From a bacterium (lineage in GTDB: Bacteria > Patescibacteriota > Minisyncoccia > UBA6257 > GWB1-50-10), in assembly GCA_021801565.1 (NCBI GenBank), contig JAJYXV010000005.1, positions 1 through 44,388 of the forward strand: a stretch of 44,388 nt of DNA. Reading direction: 5' to 3'. Positions 28,131-38,123 of this stretch are shown in pieces. The position numbers and the translations under genes are program-made. The first letter of the stretch is position 1. Each line of letters opens with the position of its first letter. The notes under the pieces are model-generated. The model did no database searches. It saw nothing but the letters and a program-made list of their open reading frames with translations, and was not told where the DNA came from.

Positions 28131-28334
28131 CTATTTCCTTATCAAGTGTAACTGTTCAAATCCATCAGTGTCAAATTTTATAACAACCGGCTTCTTGATC
28201 TCAACATCAAATGCTTTTGTGATGTTACTTACGAGAAATGTAAACATATATGAGGATAATCCAAATACAATCAAAACCATCACCCCAGCAAGGCTAAATA
28301 ATAACGTTTGTTTTAACTTTCTCTTTTTCTTCAT
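28131..28334 (-). CDS. Small single-TM hypothetical protein
   Basis: Basic N-terminus plus TM; 6 bp after the PilO-like gene. Confidence 0.65.
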   Translation of the reverse strand: MKKKRKLKQTLLFSLAGVMVLIVFGLSSYMFTFLVSNITKAFDVEIKKPVVIKFDTDGFEQLHLIRK

Positions 28335-28340
28335 ACTCTT

Positions 28341-28865
28341 TTACTTTCTAAAATACACCCTTCCCCGGATAGATACATTTGATTTTTCTTCCCGGTTATC
28401 AAACGTTAAACTTTCTACTCCCATGAGATATCGAAATTCTTCGAGTTTTTTCAAAAAACTTCCGACCGTTTCAAGACTTCCTTGGATGGTAAGGCTTATC
28501 CCCACCGAACCAAGTTGCGGTGCATTTGTGCTTTGCTCTCCTAAAAACGAAAACGACATCTCGAGCTTTTCCGATGATGCAAGATATTGAAAATCTTTTC
28601 TTAAATTTATCAACTCATCTTTCTCTGGGATTATTTCCTGCAATATTTCTGAATATTCTTTTGCTTTTCCTGTATATTGGGATCGCACCGCAGAATATGA
28701 TTGCACCGACGCATTCCAATCAGAAACTTCTTTCCGTGCAGTAACGATTTTTTCGCTATTTGCGCTTATACGTGAACCACAAACAAGAATTCCTATAATA
28801 AAAATAACCACAATTCCTGCGGTGGTACCAATATTCGTGAATAATTTTTTCTTAAATTCTTGCAT
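28341..28865 (-). CDS. PilO-like type IV pilus assembly protein
   Basis: N-terminal TM, coiled coil, then ISLTIQGS...FLKKLE.FRYLM.VESL ferredoxin-like fold. Confidence 0.65.
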   Translation of the reverse strand: MQEFKKKLFTNIGTTAGIVVIFIIGILVCGSRISANSEKIVTARKEVSDWNASVQSYSAVRSQYTGKAKEYSEILQEIIPEKDELINLRKDFQYLASSEKLEMSFSFLGEQSTNAPQLGSVGISLTIQGSLETVGSFLKKLEEFRYLMGVESLTFDNREEKSNVSIRGRVYFRK

Positions 28866-28921
28866 ATACTCCCCATTACACTCATTTCCTCTCTCTGTGT
28901 TATTATTTTACCATACTCTCT

Positions 28922-29833
28922 ATGTTTCAACCTTACGACATATATGAAATAACTCCAGAAGACATACGTTTTCCTTCCTTATTAAAAGAGATGCAGAATC
29001 CACCACAACGGTTTTTTCTTAAGGGAATGCTCCCAGAATCATCACTCTATATATCCATTGTTGGAACCCGCAAGGCAACATATGAAGGAAAAGAACTTGC
29101 AAAACAGATTGCACGACGACTTGCGGAAAAAAACATTATTGTGGTAAGCGGACTTGCGCTCGGTATTGATGCGGCGGCACATGATGGAGCACTTATAGGG
29201 GGAGGAAAAACAGTTGCAGTGCTTGCAAACGGTCTTGATACAATATACCCCCGTCAACACGAACAACTTGCACACAAAATACTTGAATCCGGAGGAGGAA
29301 TTATCTCTGAATACCCGATCGGTACTCCTGCGCTTCCCCATCAATTTCTCGAACGTAATAGAATTATAAGCGGTATTTCTTCCGCTACAATTGTGATTGA
29401 GGCTCCACTTCGTTCCGGTTCTATCGTTACCGCTCGTACCGCCGCCGAACAAGGACGAGAGGTATTCGTTTTCCCCGGACCGATACAGAATCAAAACTAC
29501 AGAGGCTCCCATCAACTTATTCGAAATGGAGCGCGACTTGTATCAAGTTTCGATGATATTGTTGAAGATATTTCTGAATTAATAAAAGAATATGAAACAG
29601 ACAAAAAAAATTCGCTATGTGAAAATTTGAACAATGATATGATGGAATTGATTAATGATGAAGAAAAAGTAATTATGAAAATACTAAAAGAAGCCGGAAC
29701 GCCCCTCTCCGTTGACAATATCATTGAGTCAACTACACTGGAATCTAACGTGGTCCGTCAACATCTTACCTTTCTCCTTCTTGATGGACACATAAAGGAA
29801 CAAGGAGGATTTTTTTCACCCTCATCTTCATAA
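28922..29833 (+). CDS. dprA: DNA processing protein A
   Basis: IVGTRKAT, VSGLALGIDAAAH and FLERNRIISG motifs; C-terminal winged helix. Confidence 0.95.
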   Translation: MFQPYDIYEITPEDIRFPSLLKEMQNPPQRFFLKGMLPESSLYISIVGTRKATYEGKELAKQIARRLAEKNIIVVSGLALGIDAAAHDGALIGGGKTVAVLANGLDTIYPRQHEQLAHKILESGGGIISEYPIGTPALPHQFLERNRIISGISSATIVIEAPLRSGSIVTARTAAEQGREVFVFPGPIQNQNYRGSHQLIRNGARLVSSFDDIVEDISELIKEYETDKKNSLCENLNNDMMELINDEEKVIMKILKEAGTPLSVDNIIESTTLESNVVRQHLTFLLLDGHIKEQGGFFSPSSS

Positions 29834-29835
29834 AT

Positions 29836-32007
29836 ATGAAATTACTTATTGTTGAAAGCCCGACAAAAGAAAAAACAATTTCGAAATATCTGGGTGGTGC
29901 ATATACAGTACGCGCAAGCGTTGGACACATTCGAGATCTCCCAAAAAGCAATAAAAAAGCAATTGATATTCCAGGAGGATTTATTCCACGGTACGAAATT
30001 GCAAAAGGCAAGGAAAAGGTTGTTTCTGAAATAAAAAAACTGACGAAAAAGGCTGACGAAATTTATCTTGCAACCGATCCCGATCGCGAAGGAGAAGCAA
30101 TTGCGTGGCATATCAAAGAATCATGCGGATTGGAGAACCCAAAACGTATTGTTTTCTATGAAATTACAAAAGAAGCAATCACCGAAGCACTGCAACATCC
30201 GCGTAACATCGACGAAAATTTGCGGAAGGCCCAGGAGGCACGGCGCGTACTTGACCGTATTGTCGGATATGATTTAAGCGGACTTATTTGGAAAAAAGTA
30301 CGCTACGGACTTTCTGCAGGGCGCGTACAATCTCCGGCACTTCGCATCATCATGGAGCGCGAAAGAGAAATCCGAGCATTCATTCCGGAAAAGTTTTGGG
30401 TTATTGCTGGGGAATTTAAAACGAAAAAAGGAGAAGTGATTACCCTCACGTGCGAAAAAGAACCTCGCGATGAAAAAGAAGTAAAACACATTCTTGAATC
30501 AGGAAAAAAATATCCATGGCATATTAAAGGAATTAAACAAACAGAGGTAAAACGATCTCCAAAACCTCCATTCATTACTTCAACACTTCAACAAACTGCG
30601 AATTCACGCCTCGGATTCTCTCCCTCTCACACGATGGCTATAGCGCAAAAACTTTATGAACAAGGGCTTATCACCTATATGCGCACCGATAGCACCACCA
30701 TGAGCATGATTGCCTTAAAAGAAATATATGCTGAAATACAAAATATTTATGGAAAGGGACATCTCGAACCCCGCACATATGTGACAAAAAGCAAAAATGC
30801 ACAGGAAGCTCATGAAGCGATACGCCCTACACATGTATCGACACGAAAAGCCGGGGCAACAGAAGAACAAAACAGACTTTATTCACTTATTTGGGAACGA
30901 ACGGTTAGTTCACAGATGGCTGATGCAAAAATTCTTCGCACAAAAATTTCAGCAAATATAGAAGGAGAAAAAATTCCTGATTTTTCTGTAAATGGAAACC
31001 TGGTAGTGTTCCCCGGATGGCTCGCTGCCGATCCAAGCGGAAAGGGAGAAGAAGTGGACGTACCAAACGTGAAAGAAAAAGAAAAAATTATATTACTTCA
31101 TATTGAAAGCGGAGAAAAATTTACCGAACCGCCGGGGCGATACACCGAGGCAGGACTTGTGCGAGAACTTGAAAAACGAGATATTGGAAGGCCGAGTACA
31201 TATGCTTCAATTATTAGAACAATTGTTGAGCGAGGATATGTAGAAAAAATAAACAGAACACTGCTCCCTACCGACACGGGTGAGGTAGTAAGTGATTTCC
31301 TTGAAAAAAATTTCCCCACATACATTAGTGATTCATTCACCGCAGAAATGGAGCAGGAACTTGATGAAATTGCAGAAGGAAAGAAAGAATACAAGAAAAC
31401 ATTAACTGATTTTTATAAGCCATTCACAAAAGAAGTAAAAGAAAGGGAGAAATTAGAAAAGGCGACAAATCTCGGAGATGCCGGAGATGAATTTAAATGT
31501 CCTCTCTGCGGCGGACCGATGATCATAAAACTTGGACGTACAGGAAAATTTTTAAGTTGTAAAAAATTCCCCGATTGTATGGGCGCGCGTAAACTCGACG
31601 GATCAATTATGGAGGGCCCGAGAGAAACCGGCGAAACATGCCCGCAATGTGAAAAAGGAAAGCTTATTGAACGCGAAGGACGTTTTGGAAAATTTGTCGC
31701 ATGCAGCAACTATCCAAAATGCAAATATGTGAAGCAAAGTGAGGAAGAAGAAGCAAAGAAAAAAACTGGCGTTCATTGCCCAGAATGCAATGGCGGAGAA
31801 CTTATGGAACGAAGGGGACGTTTTGGCGCATTTTTCAGTTGTTCGAATTATCCAAAATGCAAGTTTATTATGAAATCAAAACCAACGGGAAATAAATGTC
31901 CTGAATGTGGAGCACTTATGATGCAAGGAACGAAAACCATTCCGGAACGATGTAGTAATAAAGGATGCAAAATGCACAATCCACATAAAATTGAGAAAAA
32001 GAAGTAA
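29836..32007 (+). CDS. topA: DNA topoisomerase I
   Basis: IVESP, ATDPDREGEAI, SAGRVQS, LITYMRTDS and C-terminal Zn ribbons. Confidence 0.98.
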   Translation: MKLLIVESPTKEKTISKYLGGAYTVRASVGHIRDLPKSNKKAIDIPGGFIPRYEIAKGKEKVVSEIKKLTKKADEIYLATDPDREGEAIAWHIKESCGLENPKRIVFYEITKEAITEALQHPRNIDENLRKAQEARRVLDRIVGYDLSGLIWKKVRYGLSAGRVQSPALRIIMEREREIRAFIPEKFWVIAGEFKTKKGEVITLTCEKEPRDEKEVKHILESGKKYPWHIKGIKQTEVKRSPKPPFITSTLQQTANSRLGFSPSHTMAIAQKLYEQGLITYMRTDSTTMSMIALKEIYAEIQNIYGKGHLEPRTYVTKSKNAQEAHEAIRPTHVSTRKAGATEEQNRLYSLIWERTVSSQMADAKILRTKISANIEGEKIPDFSVNGNLVVFPGWLAADPSGKGEEVDVPNVKEKEKIILLHIESGEKFTEPPGRYTEAGLVRELEKRDIGRPSTYASIIRTIVERGYVEKINRTLLPTDTGEVVSDFLEKNFPTYISDSFTAEMEQELDEIAEGKKEYKKTLTDFYKPFTKEVKEREKLEKATNLGDAGDEFKCPLCGGPMIIKLGRTGKFLSCKKFPDCMGARKLDGSIMEGPRETGETCPQCEKGKLIEREGRFGKFVACSNYPKCKYVKQSEEEEAKKKTGVHCPECNGGELMERRGRFGAFFSCSNYPKCKFIMKSKPTGNKCPECGALMMQGTKTIPERCSNKGCKMHNPHKIEKKK

Positions 32008-32033
32008 CTAGTAATCAGTGATTAGTAATGTAT

Positions 32034-32061
32034 AAAAATCCTCCAAAGTGGGAGGTTTTTT
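32034..32061. terminator. Probable bidirectional terminator
   Basis: AAAAATCCTCC-AAAGTG-GGAGGTTTTTT between convergent topA and map. Confidence 0.55.
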
Positions 32062-32119
32062 ATAAACCTTGTAGAACTCTTACATTTTTTGTTGTGAGTT
32101 GTTTGTTATAAGTCGTTAG

Positions 32120-32878
32120 TTATCTTGTCAGTACTTCTGATCCGTTTTCTGTAACCGCAACCGTATGTTCAAAATGAGCGCTTAAACTCCCATCGCTTGT
32201 TGCATAACTTTCATCGGAAAGTTGAATAATGTCAGAAGATCCAATACTCAACATCGGCTCAATCGCCAATACCAATCCTTCCTCAATAATCATCCCTGTT
32301 CCTTTTTTGCCAAAATTATATACTACCGGATCCTCATGAAGTTCAAATCCAACTCCATGCCCAGTAAGTCCATCGACAACAGAACACTTATTTTTCTTCG
32401 CAGTTGATTCTATTGCAGACCCAATATCGCCAAGATGTTTTCCTATTTTGCATTCTTCCACTGCCTCAGCAAGGGCATATTTTGTTGTTTCTAATACCTG
32501 TTTTGCGTCTTTAGACACCCTTCCAATGGGTACAGTAACCGCCCCATCAGTAATATATCCCTTATAATTGACTCCAATATCAATTTTCAATAAATCCCCT
32601 TCTTTCAGCATTCTTCGCGACGGAACGCCATGTACTACCACATCATTCAATGACGCACAAATTGCCGCGGGGTATGCCTTTGCAGTTCCTTCTGGACGAT
32701 ATCCTAAAAATGCAGAAGATGCCTTATATCGTTTCAATAGCTCCCGCGCAAAAGAATCAAGGGAGGAAACATAAGTTCCCTCCCTTGCATTTTGTTGGAG
32801 TGCACGAAGCACGTCCGATAATATTTTTCCGGAAATGCGGAGATATTTAATGTCCTCTTTTGATTTCAATCGGATCAT
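32120..32878 (-). CDS. map: Methionine aminopeptidase type I
   Basis: VVHGVP, DIG, DGA, GHGVG, AIEPM and AHFEHT motifs. Confidence 0.96.
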   Translation of the reverse strand: MIRLKSKEDIKYLRISGKILSDVLRALQQNAREGTYVSSLDSFARELLKRYKASSAFLGYRPEGTAKAYPAAICASLNDVVVHGVPSRRMLKEGDLLKIDIGVNYKGYITDGAVTVPIGRVSKDAKQVLETTKYALAEAVEECKIGKHLGDIGSAIESTAKKNKCSVVDGLTGHGVGFELHEDPVVYNFGKKGTGMIIEEGLVLAIEPMLSIGSSDIIQLSDESYATSDGSLSAHFEHTVAVTENGSEVLTR

Positions 32879-32883
32879 GTCAA

Positions 32884-33567
32884 TTAGAGTTTAAGAGCTT
32901 TTTTTACAGAAAAAAACACTTCAAACGGCATTGGTTCTCCGTTTATTTTGTGAATATGATATTTTTCCTTTTTCATTTTTTCAATAATCGGAAATGTCCT
33001 TCCTTTGTATTCTTCCAATCTTTTTTTCATCACCGTCGGATCATCCAAAGACCGCGTGCGAAGAGGCGCGTCACAAAATACACAACGATCACCATGGGCG
33101 TGAGCAAGCTTTGGAAGACCACACAAAGAACATACTTTCCTTGCAATATTTCTTTTTGTCACGACATCATCTTTTACAAGAAGCCGGATTACATGTACAT
33201 TTTCCTTTCCATATAGATCTTTTAGGGTTTCAAGCAATCCTTTGTTTTTTTTGTCTCCATATGCCTCAAAAAGAGTTCTCGGGGAACCACTATAGACAAC
33301 CCCAAGGCCACCTTTCCCTATTCTTTTTGTAGCATCCGAGACAATTTTCAAAACAAAAGACGGAGTGTTTAAAAATCCCTTATCAAAAAGTTTTTTCTCC
33401 TTCCTGATTATTGGATCCTTTAGAGCTTTTTTATCAAGATAAAAACGTTCTAGAAACCGTCCTGTATCAAAATGAACAAAACCAAAATTGCGGGCAAGTA
33501 ATTCTGCTTGCGTTCCCTTTCCCGATCCCGGAGGCCCCCAAATAATAATTGCTTTCATGTTTTTCAT
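32884..33567 (-). CDS. adk: Adenylate kinase
   Basis: GPPGSGKGTQA and Cys4 LID; between secY and map; start likely 33567 or 33558. Confidence 0.88.
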   Translation of the reverse strand: MKNMKAIIIWGPPGSGKGTQAELLARNFGFVHFDTGRFLERFYLDKKALKDPIIRKEKKLFDKGFLNTPSFVLKIVSDATKRIGKGGLGVVYSGSPRTLFEAYGDKKNKGLLETLKDLYGKENVHVIRLLVKDDVVTKRNIARKVCSLCGLPKLAHAHGDRCVFCDAPLRTRSLDDPTVMKKRLEEYKGRTFPIIEKMKKEKYHIHKINGEPMPFEVFFSVKKALKL

Positions 33568-33634
33568 TATACATCTCCATTTTAATGTTGAAAATAACTG
33601 ATTCAATTCTAAACCAACACGTTTCATGTATCAA

Positions 33635-33663
33635 TAACCCCGCTGATCCATAGATCGGCGGGT
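33635..33663. repeat. GC-rich hairpin followed by a heptamer array, between secY and adk
   Basis: AACCCCGCTGATC-CATA-GATCGGCGGGTT, then GGAAATT/GGTAATT/AGAAATT units (coordinates approximate). Confidence 0.55.
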
Positions 33664-33697
33664 TCATTGGAAATTGGTAATTAGAAATTAGAAATTT

Positions 33698-34969
33698 TTA
33701 CAATATTCCTTCATATTCTCTTACGGTAAGCTGCGATTCAATCTGCTTCATTACTTCGAGAGCCACAGATACCACGATAAGCAAGCTAGTTCCCCCAAGC
33801 GAAAACGCCTTAATTCCCGTTGCTATCTGAGTCAGATTTGGAAGTATCGCAATAATGCCGAGGAATAGTGCACCAAACAACGTTGTACGATGGACGATTT
33901 TCCCGATCATAAGTGATGTCGCTTGGCCTGGACGAATACCGGGAATAAAACCTCCGCTTCGCTGTAGATTTTTTGATATTTCTTCTGGATCAAATGTGAT
34001 AGCGGTGTAAAAATAAGTGAAAAGTACCACGAGCACAAAATAGAGAGCGCTATAAAGAAAAATATTATTAAAGAATGAAGAAACAAACTGATTTACCGTG
34101 AGCGACCACTCCTTTGAAATAATCGATATCGCTTGCGCAAAAAATTGCGGGAATAAAAGAAGTGAGATTGCAAAAATAATCGGAATCACTCCCGCTTGAT
34201 TCACTTTGAGTGGAAGATACGTTGAGGCTCCTCCATACATTTTATTTCCCCGCACCTGCTTTGCATACGAAACAGGTACCTTTCGTTCCCCCTCGCTAAT
34301 ATATACCACTCCTGCAATGACAATAATAGCCAACACAATGAAAGTAATATATGTGGGGATCATTTCCGGAGAAAAATTTAAAAGACTCTGTCCGATTTTC
34401 TGTGGAAGTGAACTTACGATACCAGCAAAAATAATGAGTGAAACGCCATTTCCGATTTTATACTCAGAGATAAGCTCTCCAATCCACATAAGAAGTAAAC
34501 TCCCCGCGGTAATAACAATTACATTAATAAGCAACTGATTAAGAGGGAGGGGAGGAACTACCCCACGCGAGGTGAGAAGATTAATAAATCCATATGCCTG
34601 CATCATTGCAAGAGGCACAGTAAGATATCTTGAAATTCGATTAAATTTTGCTCTTCCTTCGGCGCCTTCCTCGTAATATGCCTTTTTTAAATTTGGGAAA
34701 ATGATAGTAAGCAACTGCATAATAATCGTTGCGGTGATATATGGACCGACACCAAGCATTACAACAGAAAGATTACTAAGCCCACCACCGGAAAATAAAT
34801 CAAGAAAACCTAAAAGTTGATTTGAGTTAAAAAAATCATGGAGACGCCCCGAATCTACCCCAGGAACGGGAATCGCTGCAAGCAACCGAAATACAAGGAG
34901 GAGAAACAGTACTATAAGTACTTTCTTCCTCAAATCGGGGATCTTAAAAACTTGGAGAAATTTATTCAT
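33698..34969 (-). CDS. secY: Preprotein translocase subunit SecY
   Basis: LGVGPYITATII, GNGVSLIIFAG, IPGIRPG and GGTSLLIVV motifs; start MNKF at 34969. Confidence 0.98.
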   Translation of the reverse strand: MNKFLQVFKIPDLRKKVLIVLFLLLVFRLLAAIPVPGVDSGRLHDFFNSNQLLGFLDLFSGGGLSNLSVVMLGVGPYITATIIMQLLTIIFPNLKKAYYEEGAEGRAKFNRISRYLTVPLAMMQAYGFINLLTSRGVVPPLPLNQLLINVIVITAGSLLLMWIGELISEYKIGNGVSLIIFAGIVSSLPQKIGQSLLNFSPEMIPTYITFIVLAIIVIAGVVYISEGERKVPVSYAKQVRGNKMYGGASTYLPLKVNQAGVIPIIFAISLLLFPQFFAQAISIISKEWSLTVNQFVSSFFNNIFLYSALYFVLVVLFTYFYTAITFDPEEISKNLQRSGGFIPGIRPGQATSLMIGKIVHRTTLFGALFLGIIAILPNLTQIATGIKAFSLGGTSLLIVVSVALEVMKQIESQLTVREYEGIL

Positions 34970-35130
34970 TCCGTTCATGACAGGAAACGTAAACATTTCC
35001 GCCTGCCTGCGCAGGCAGGTACGTCTTTTTTACATTTATCGCGCCTTTCTCTATTGTTTTAAATATGTACATGTTTTTAAATATAATTTTAATCACTTTC
35101 CCCTAAAAGACCAGTAATAGCGGGATTTAT
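34965..35130. mobile_element. Start-codon-embedded TIR element at secY (degenerate), including flanking repeats
   Basis: Plus strand TTCAT-TCCGTTCATGAC...TAATAGCGGGA-TTTAT; contains a ~54-bp cassette shared with the rplB copy. Confidence 0.7.
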
Positions 35131-35146
35131 TATTTATATTTTTCTA

Positions 35147-35575
35147 TTATTTTACCTCCCCGCCGGCTTTTTCAATCTTTTTTTTAGCGCCTTCTGATAT
35201 CGGAACCCCTTGGATAAAAAACGCGGTTTTTATCCCATCATTTCCAATAATTTTCACATTATCCGTTGCACGAGCAATAATTCCTTTCTCCAAAAAAGAA
35301 TTCTTCGTAATTGTCTTTTCTCCCTTAAAAACATGCTCAAGACGAGAAATTTTAAACTCAGTAACCCGCGCTCGTACTTTCTTTGCTGGATTTTTTATAC
35401 CGCGTAGCTTCGGAAATTTAAGAAGAATATCGCGTTCCGCGGGACGAAGTTTCCTCCCCGCACGTGCTCCTTGTCCTTTTTGACCACGCCCGGAAGTTGT
35501 ACCACGCTTTCCTCCGCGCCCAACTCTTTTTTCTCTCATTATTTTATATTTCGAACGTAACTCGTGAATTTGCAT
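35147..35575 (-). CDS. rplO: 50S ribosomal protein uL15
   Basis: RVGRGG..G.TSGRGQKGQ and KIEKAGG motifs. Confidence 0.96.
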   Translation of the reverse strand: MQIHELRSKYKIMREKRVGRGGKRGTTSGRGQKGQGARAGRKLRPAERDILLKFPKLRGIKNPAKKVRARVTEFKISRLEHVFKGEKTITKNSFLEKGIIARATDNVKIIGNDGIKTAFFIQGVPISEGAKKKIEKAGGEVK

Positions 35576-35579
35576 GTGT

Positions 35580-36086
35580 TTATTCTTTTATTATTTTCTT
35601 TTCTTTCGCCGGTATCTTTTTTAACTTTTTTAATGCCTCAACGGTTGCCATTGCATTGGTGAGTTTATTTGTTGTCCTTCCTATAATTTTAGCAGATATA
35701 TCTTTTACCCCAGCAAGCTCAAGAATTGCACGACATGAACCTCCCGCGATTAATCCATTTCCCTGACGTGCTGGCTTCAATCGAACGCGTGCCGCACTAT
35801 ATTTTGCCTCAACATCATGAAGAATGGTCCGCTTATCTTTTAATTCGAGAAATACAATATTTTTCACTGCCTGGTGTTTGGCCTTCTGTACTGCGGCAGC
35901 AACATCAAGACCCTTTGCAACACCAACACCAACCTTTCCTCTTCGATCACCCACAACAATAGTTGCACGGAAACTGAAACGTTTTCCTCCTGCAACAACA
36001 CGGGTCACGCGACGCACTTCAAGCACCTTATCTTCATATTCGCTTTTCTTTTGATTCATCCTTGGTTGATTCATTCTTGGTTGCAT
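35580..36086 (-). CDS. rpsE: 30S ribosomal protein uS5
   Basis: RVVAGGKRFSF and NGLIAGG motifs; start at 36086 avoids overlap with rplR. Confidence 0.96.
   Translation of the reverse strand: MQPRMNQPRMNQKKSEYEDKVLEVRRVTRVVAGGKRFSFRATIVVGDRRGKVGVGVAKGLDVAAAVQKAKHQAVKNIVFLELKDKRTILHDVEAKYSAARVRLKPARQGNGLIAGGSCRAILELAGVKDISAKIIGRTTNKLTNAMATVEALKKLKKIPAKEKKIIKE
36051..36083. repeat. 15-bp tandem repeat at the rpsE 5' end
   Basis: TTGATTCATCCTTGG TTGATTCATTCTTGG TTG; encodes QPRMNQPRMNQ. Confidence 0.85.
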
Positions 36087-36090
36087 AAAA

Positions 36091-36453
36091 TTAAAAATTA
36101 AGTCCGCCCTCTCGTGCACCATCCGCGACTGCTTTTACACGTCCATGATAGCGATAGCTTGCACGATCAAATACCGCCTTTGTAATTTCTTTTTCTTTTG
36201 CTTTCTTTGCCAAAAGTTTTCCAATTTCTTTCGAAATATCCTGTTTTTTACTCTTTACATTTTTCACCGACAGAGAAGAAGCAGAAACAATCGTTTTTCC
36301 ACTACTGTCATCAATAAGTTGAGCATAAATATGTGCATTGCTTCTAAACACCGAAAGACGTGGACGGTCAGCGGTTCCTCGGGAAACGGACTTGCGGACA
36401 CGAGCTAATCTTCTTATTTTTCTTTTGTGTGTTATGTGTTCTTTAATACTCAT
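36091..36453 (-). CDS. rplR: 50S ribosomal protein uL18
   Basis: [10 protein letters not shown] and [17 protein letters not shown] motifs. Confidence 0.97.
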   Translation of the reverse strand: MSIKEHITHKRKIRRLARVRKSVSRGTADRPRLSVFRSNAHIYAQLIDDSSGKTIVSASSLSVKNVKSKKQDISKEIGKLLAKKAKEKEITKAVFDRASYRYHGRVKAVADGAREGGLNF

Positions 36454-36465
36454 AATAATTTAAAA

Positions 36466-37014
36466 TTAGGAAGACGAGGTTCCACTCTTCTTTCCCGCCT
36501 TACGACGAATTACTTCATCACTATAATGAAATCCCTTACCCTTATATGGTTCTGGCTTTTTTAATGCACGAATTTCAGCAGCAATTTTTCCAACTATCAT
36601 CTTATCGGCTCCTCGTATTTTCAAAATAGAGTTTTTTTCAACATCAAACACAATACCGGGAACTACAGCATAACGGACTGGATGAGAAAAACCAAGGCTC
36701 AATATAAGACCATCGCCCTCTTTTGTTACACGATATCCGACACCTTCGAGAATGAGGGTTTTTTCATATTCTTTCAAAAGTCCCTGTACCGCATTATTTG
36801 CAAGAGATCTCATTGTTCCCCAATTGCTTCGAGCTTGTTTTGTATTATTTAATACCTCAAAAGAAAGTTCAGTACCTTCAAGTTTTGGTTTTACGCCATA
36901 AAGAAGCGGAACGCTTAACGATTCCTTTTTATTCTTTAATATAATAGCCGTATCAGAAATTTGCGCGGTAATTCCCTCTGAAATTTGTATCGGTTTTTTT
37001 CCTATTTTACTCAT
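36466..37014 (-). CDS. rplF: 50S ribosomal protein uL6
   Basis: MSKIGKKPI start and PEPYKGKG motif. Confidence 0.97.
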   Translation of the reverse strand: MSKIGKKPIQISEGITAQISDTAIILKNKKESLSVPLLYGVKPKLEGTELSFEVLNNTKQARSNWGTMRSLANNAVQGLLKEYEKTLILEGVGYRVTKEGDGLILSLGFSHPVRYAVVPGIVFDVEKNSILKIRGADKMIVGKIAAEIRALKKPEPYKGKGFHYSDEVIRRKAGKKSGTSSS

Positions 37015-37039
37015 AATCTTTTCGTATTTTCGTAATTGT

Positions 37040-37411
37040 TTACCACACCTCAAATAACATTTGGCCTCCGACTTTTTCCTTTTTAGCCCGAACTCCTGAC
37101 ATAATTCCCTTCGATGTAGAGACTATAAGAAGTCCAAAACCGCCTTTCACTGATTTAAACTTATCATATCCAGCATACACTTTTATTGATGGACGGCTTA
37201 AAAATTTAAGACCAGTAATTGGTTTCTCTGGATTCAAAGAAATTTCAAGTGTTTTCTTCGGTACTCTTCCTTTTATTTCTACGCGTTTTAAAAAACCGTA
37301 TCTCACCAGTTCTTCGGCAATTGCATAATCCATTTTCGAAAATGCTGATTTTATCCCCTTCTTTCCCGCCTGCTCTGCGTTTTTTATTTTTATGAGAAAA
37401 TCTATATACAT
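37040..37411 (-). CDS. rpsH: 30S ribosomal protein uS8
   Basis: SRPS, STSKGIM and VGG motifs; operon position. Confidence 0.96.
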   Translation of the reverse strand: MYIDFLIKIKNAEQAGKKGIKSAFSKMDYAIAEELVRYGFLKRVEIKGRVPKKTLEISLNPEKPITGLKFLSRPSIKVYAGYDKFKSVKGGFGLLIVSTSKGIMSGVRAKKEKVGGQMLFEVW

Positions 37412-37440
37412 ATGTGTTGTTTGAATTTATTTGCAGTTAT

Positions 37441-37626
37441 TTACCAACTAGATTTTTTTATTCCAGGAATTTCGCCTTTACTTGCAAGCTCACGGAAACA
37501 AATTCTACACATATTGAAATCACGCATATATCCTCGCTTGCGACCGCACCGAAAACACCTTCGGACTATCCGCGTAGAAAATTTCGGTTTTTTATTTGCA
37601 CGGGCAATGGTTGATGTTTTCGCCAT
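37441..37626 (-). CDS. rpsN: 30S ribosomal protein uS14, Zn-binding type
   Basis: RCFRCGR...MCRICFRE, 61 aa. Confidence 0.97.
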   Translation of the reverse strand: MAKTSTIARANKKPKFSTRIVRRCFRCGRKRGYMRDFNMCRICFRELASKGEIPGIKKSSW

Positions 37627-37630
37627 AATG

Positions 37631-38110
37631 TTATTTCTTTAATGGTACTCCGCTTAATTTGTAGAAATCAACTGCTTTCTCTCTATTTTTATTCTTTGGA
37701 ACAACAGTGACCTGTAATCCGAAATTCACAGTCGAGTGATCAATATTAATTTCCGGAAATACATATTGCTCTCGAAACCCAATATTTAGATTGCCATGTT
37801 CATCAATATGATCAACAGAAATTCCACGAAAATCTTTTACACGAGGTAATGCGAGGTGAATAAGTTTTTTAAAAAAATCTTCCATGCGTGTTCCACGAAG
37901 CGTCACCTGAAGTCCCACAGGATCTCCCGTGCGCGTTTTAAAATTAGCGATCGCTTTTTTTGCTTGTCGCAATGCTGGTTTTTGTCCGGTGATAATAGAA
38001 AGTTCCTTTATCACCTCTGGAAGCACCTTATCTTTAAACTGCGGACGTTGTGTAAGTTTTCCTATTCCAATATTTACCACTATTTTTTCGATTTGTTTTT
38101 TTATTTCCAT
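37631..38110 (-). CDS. rplE: 50S ribosomal protein uL5 (N-terminally short)
   Basis: [15 protein letters not shown] and LPRVKDFRG motifs. Confidence 0.96.
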   Translation of the reverse strand: MEIKKQIEKIVVNIGIGKLTQRPQFKDKVLPEVIKELSIITGQKPALRQAKKAIANFKTRTGDPVGLQVTLRGTRMEDFFKKLIHLALPRVKDFRGISVDHIDEHGNLNIGFREQYVFPEINIDHSTVNFGLQVTVVPKNKNREKAVDFYKLSGVPLKK

Positions 38111-38123
38111 ATTTCAAAAAATA

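Noticed and set aside
35576-35579. rpmD (uL30) absent between rpsE and rplO
   Set aside because: Established CPR trait; used for taxonomy, not novel.
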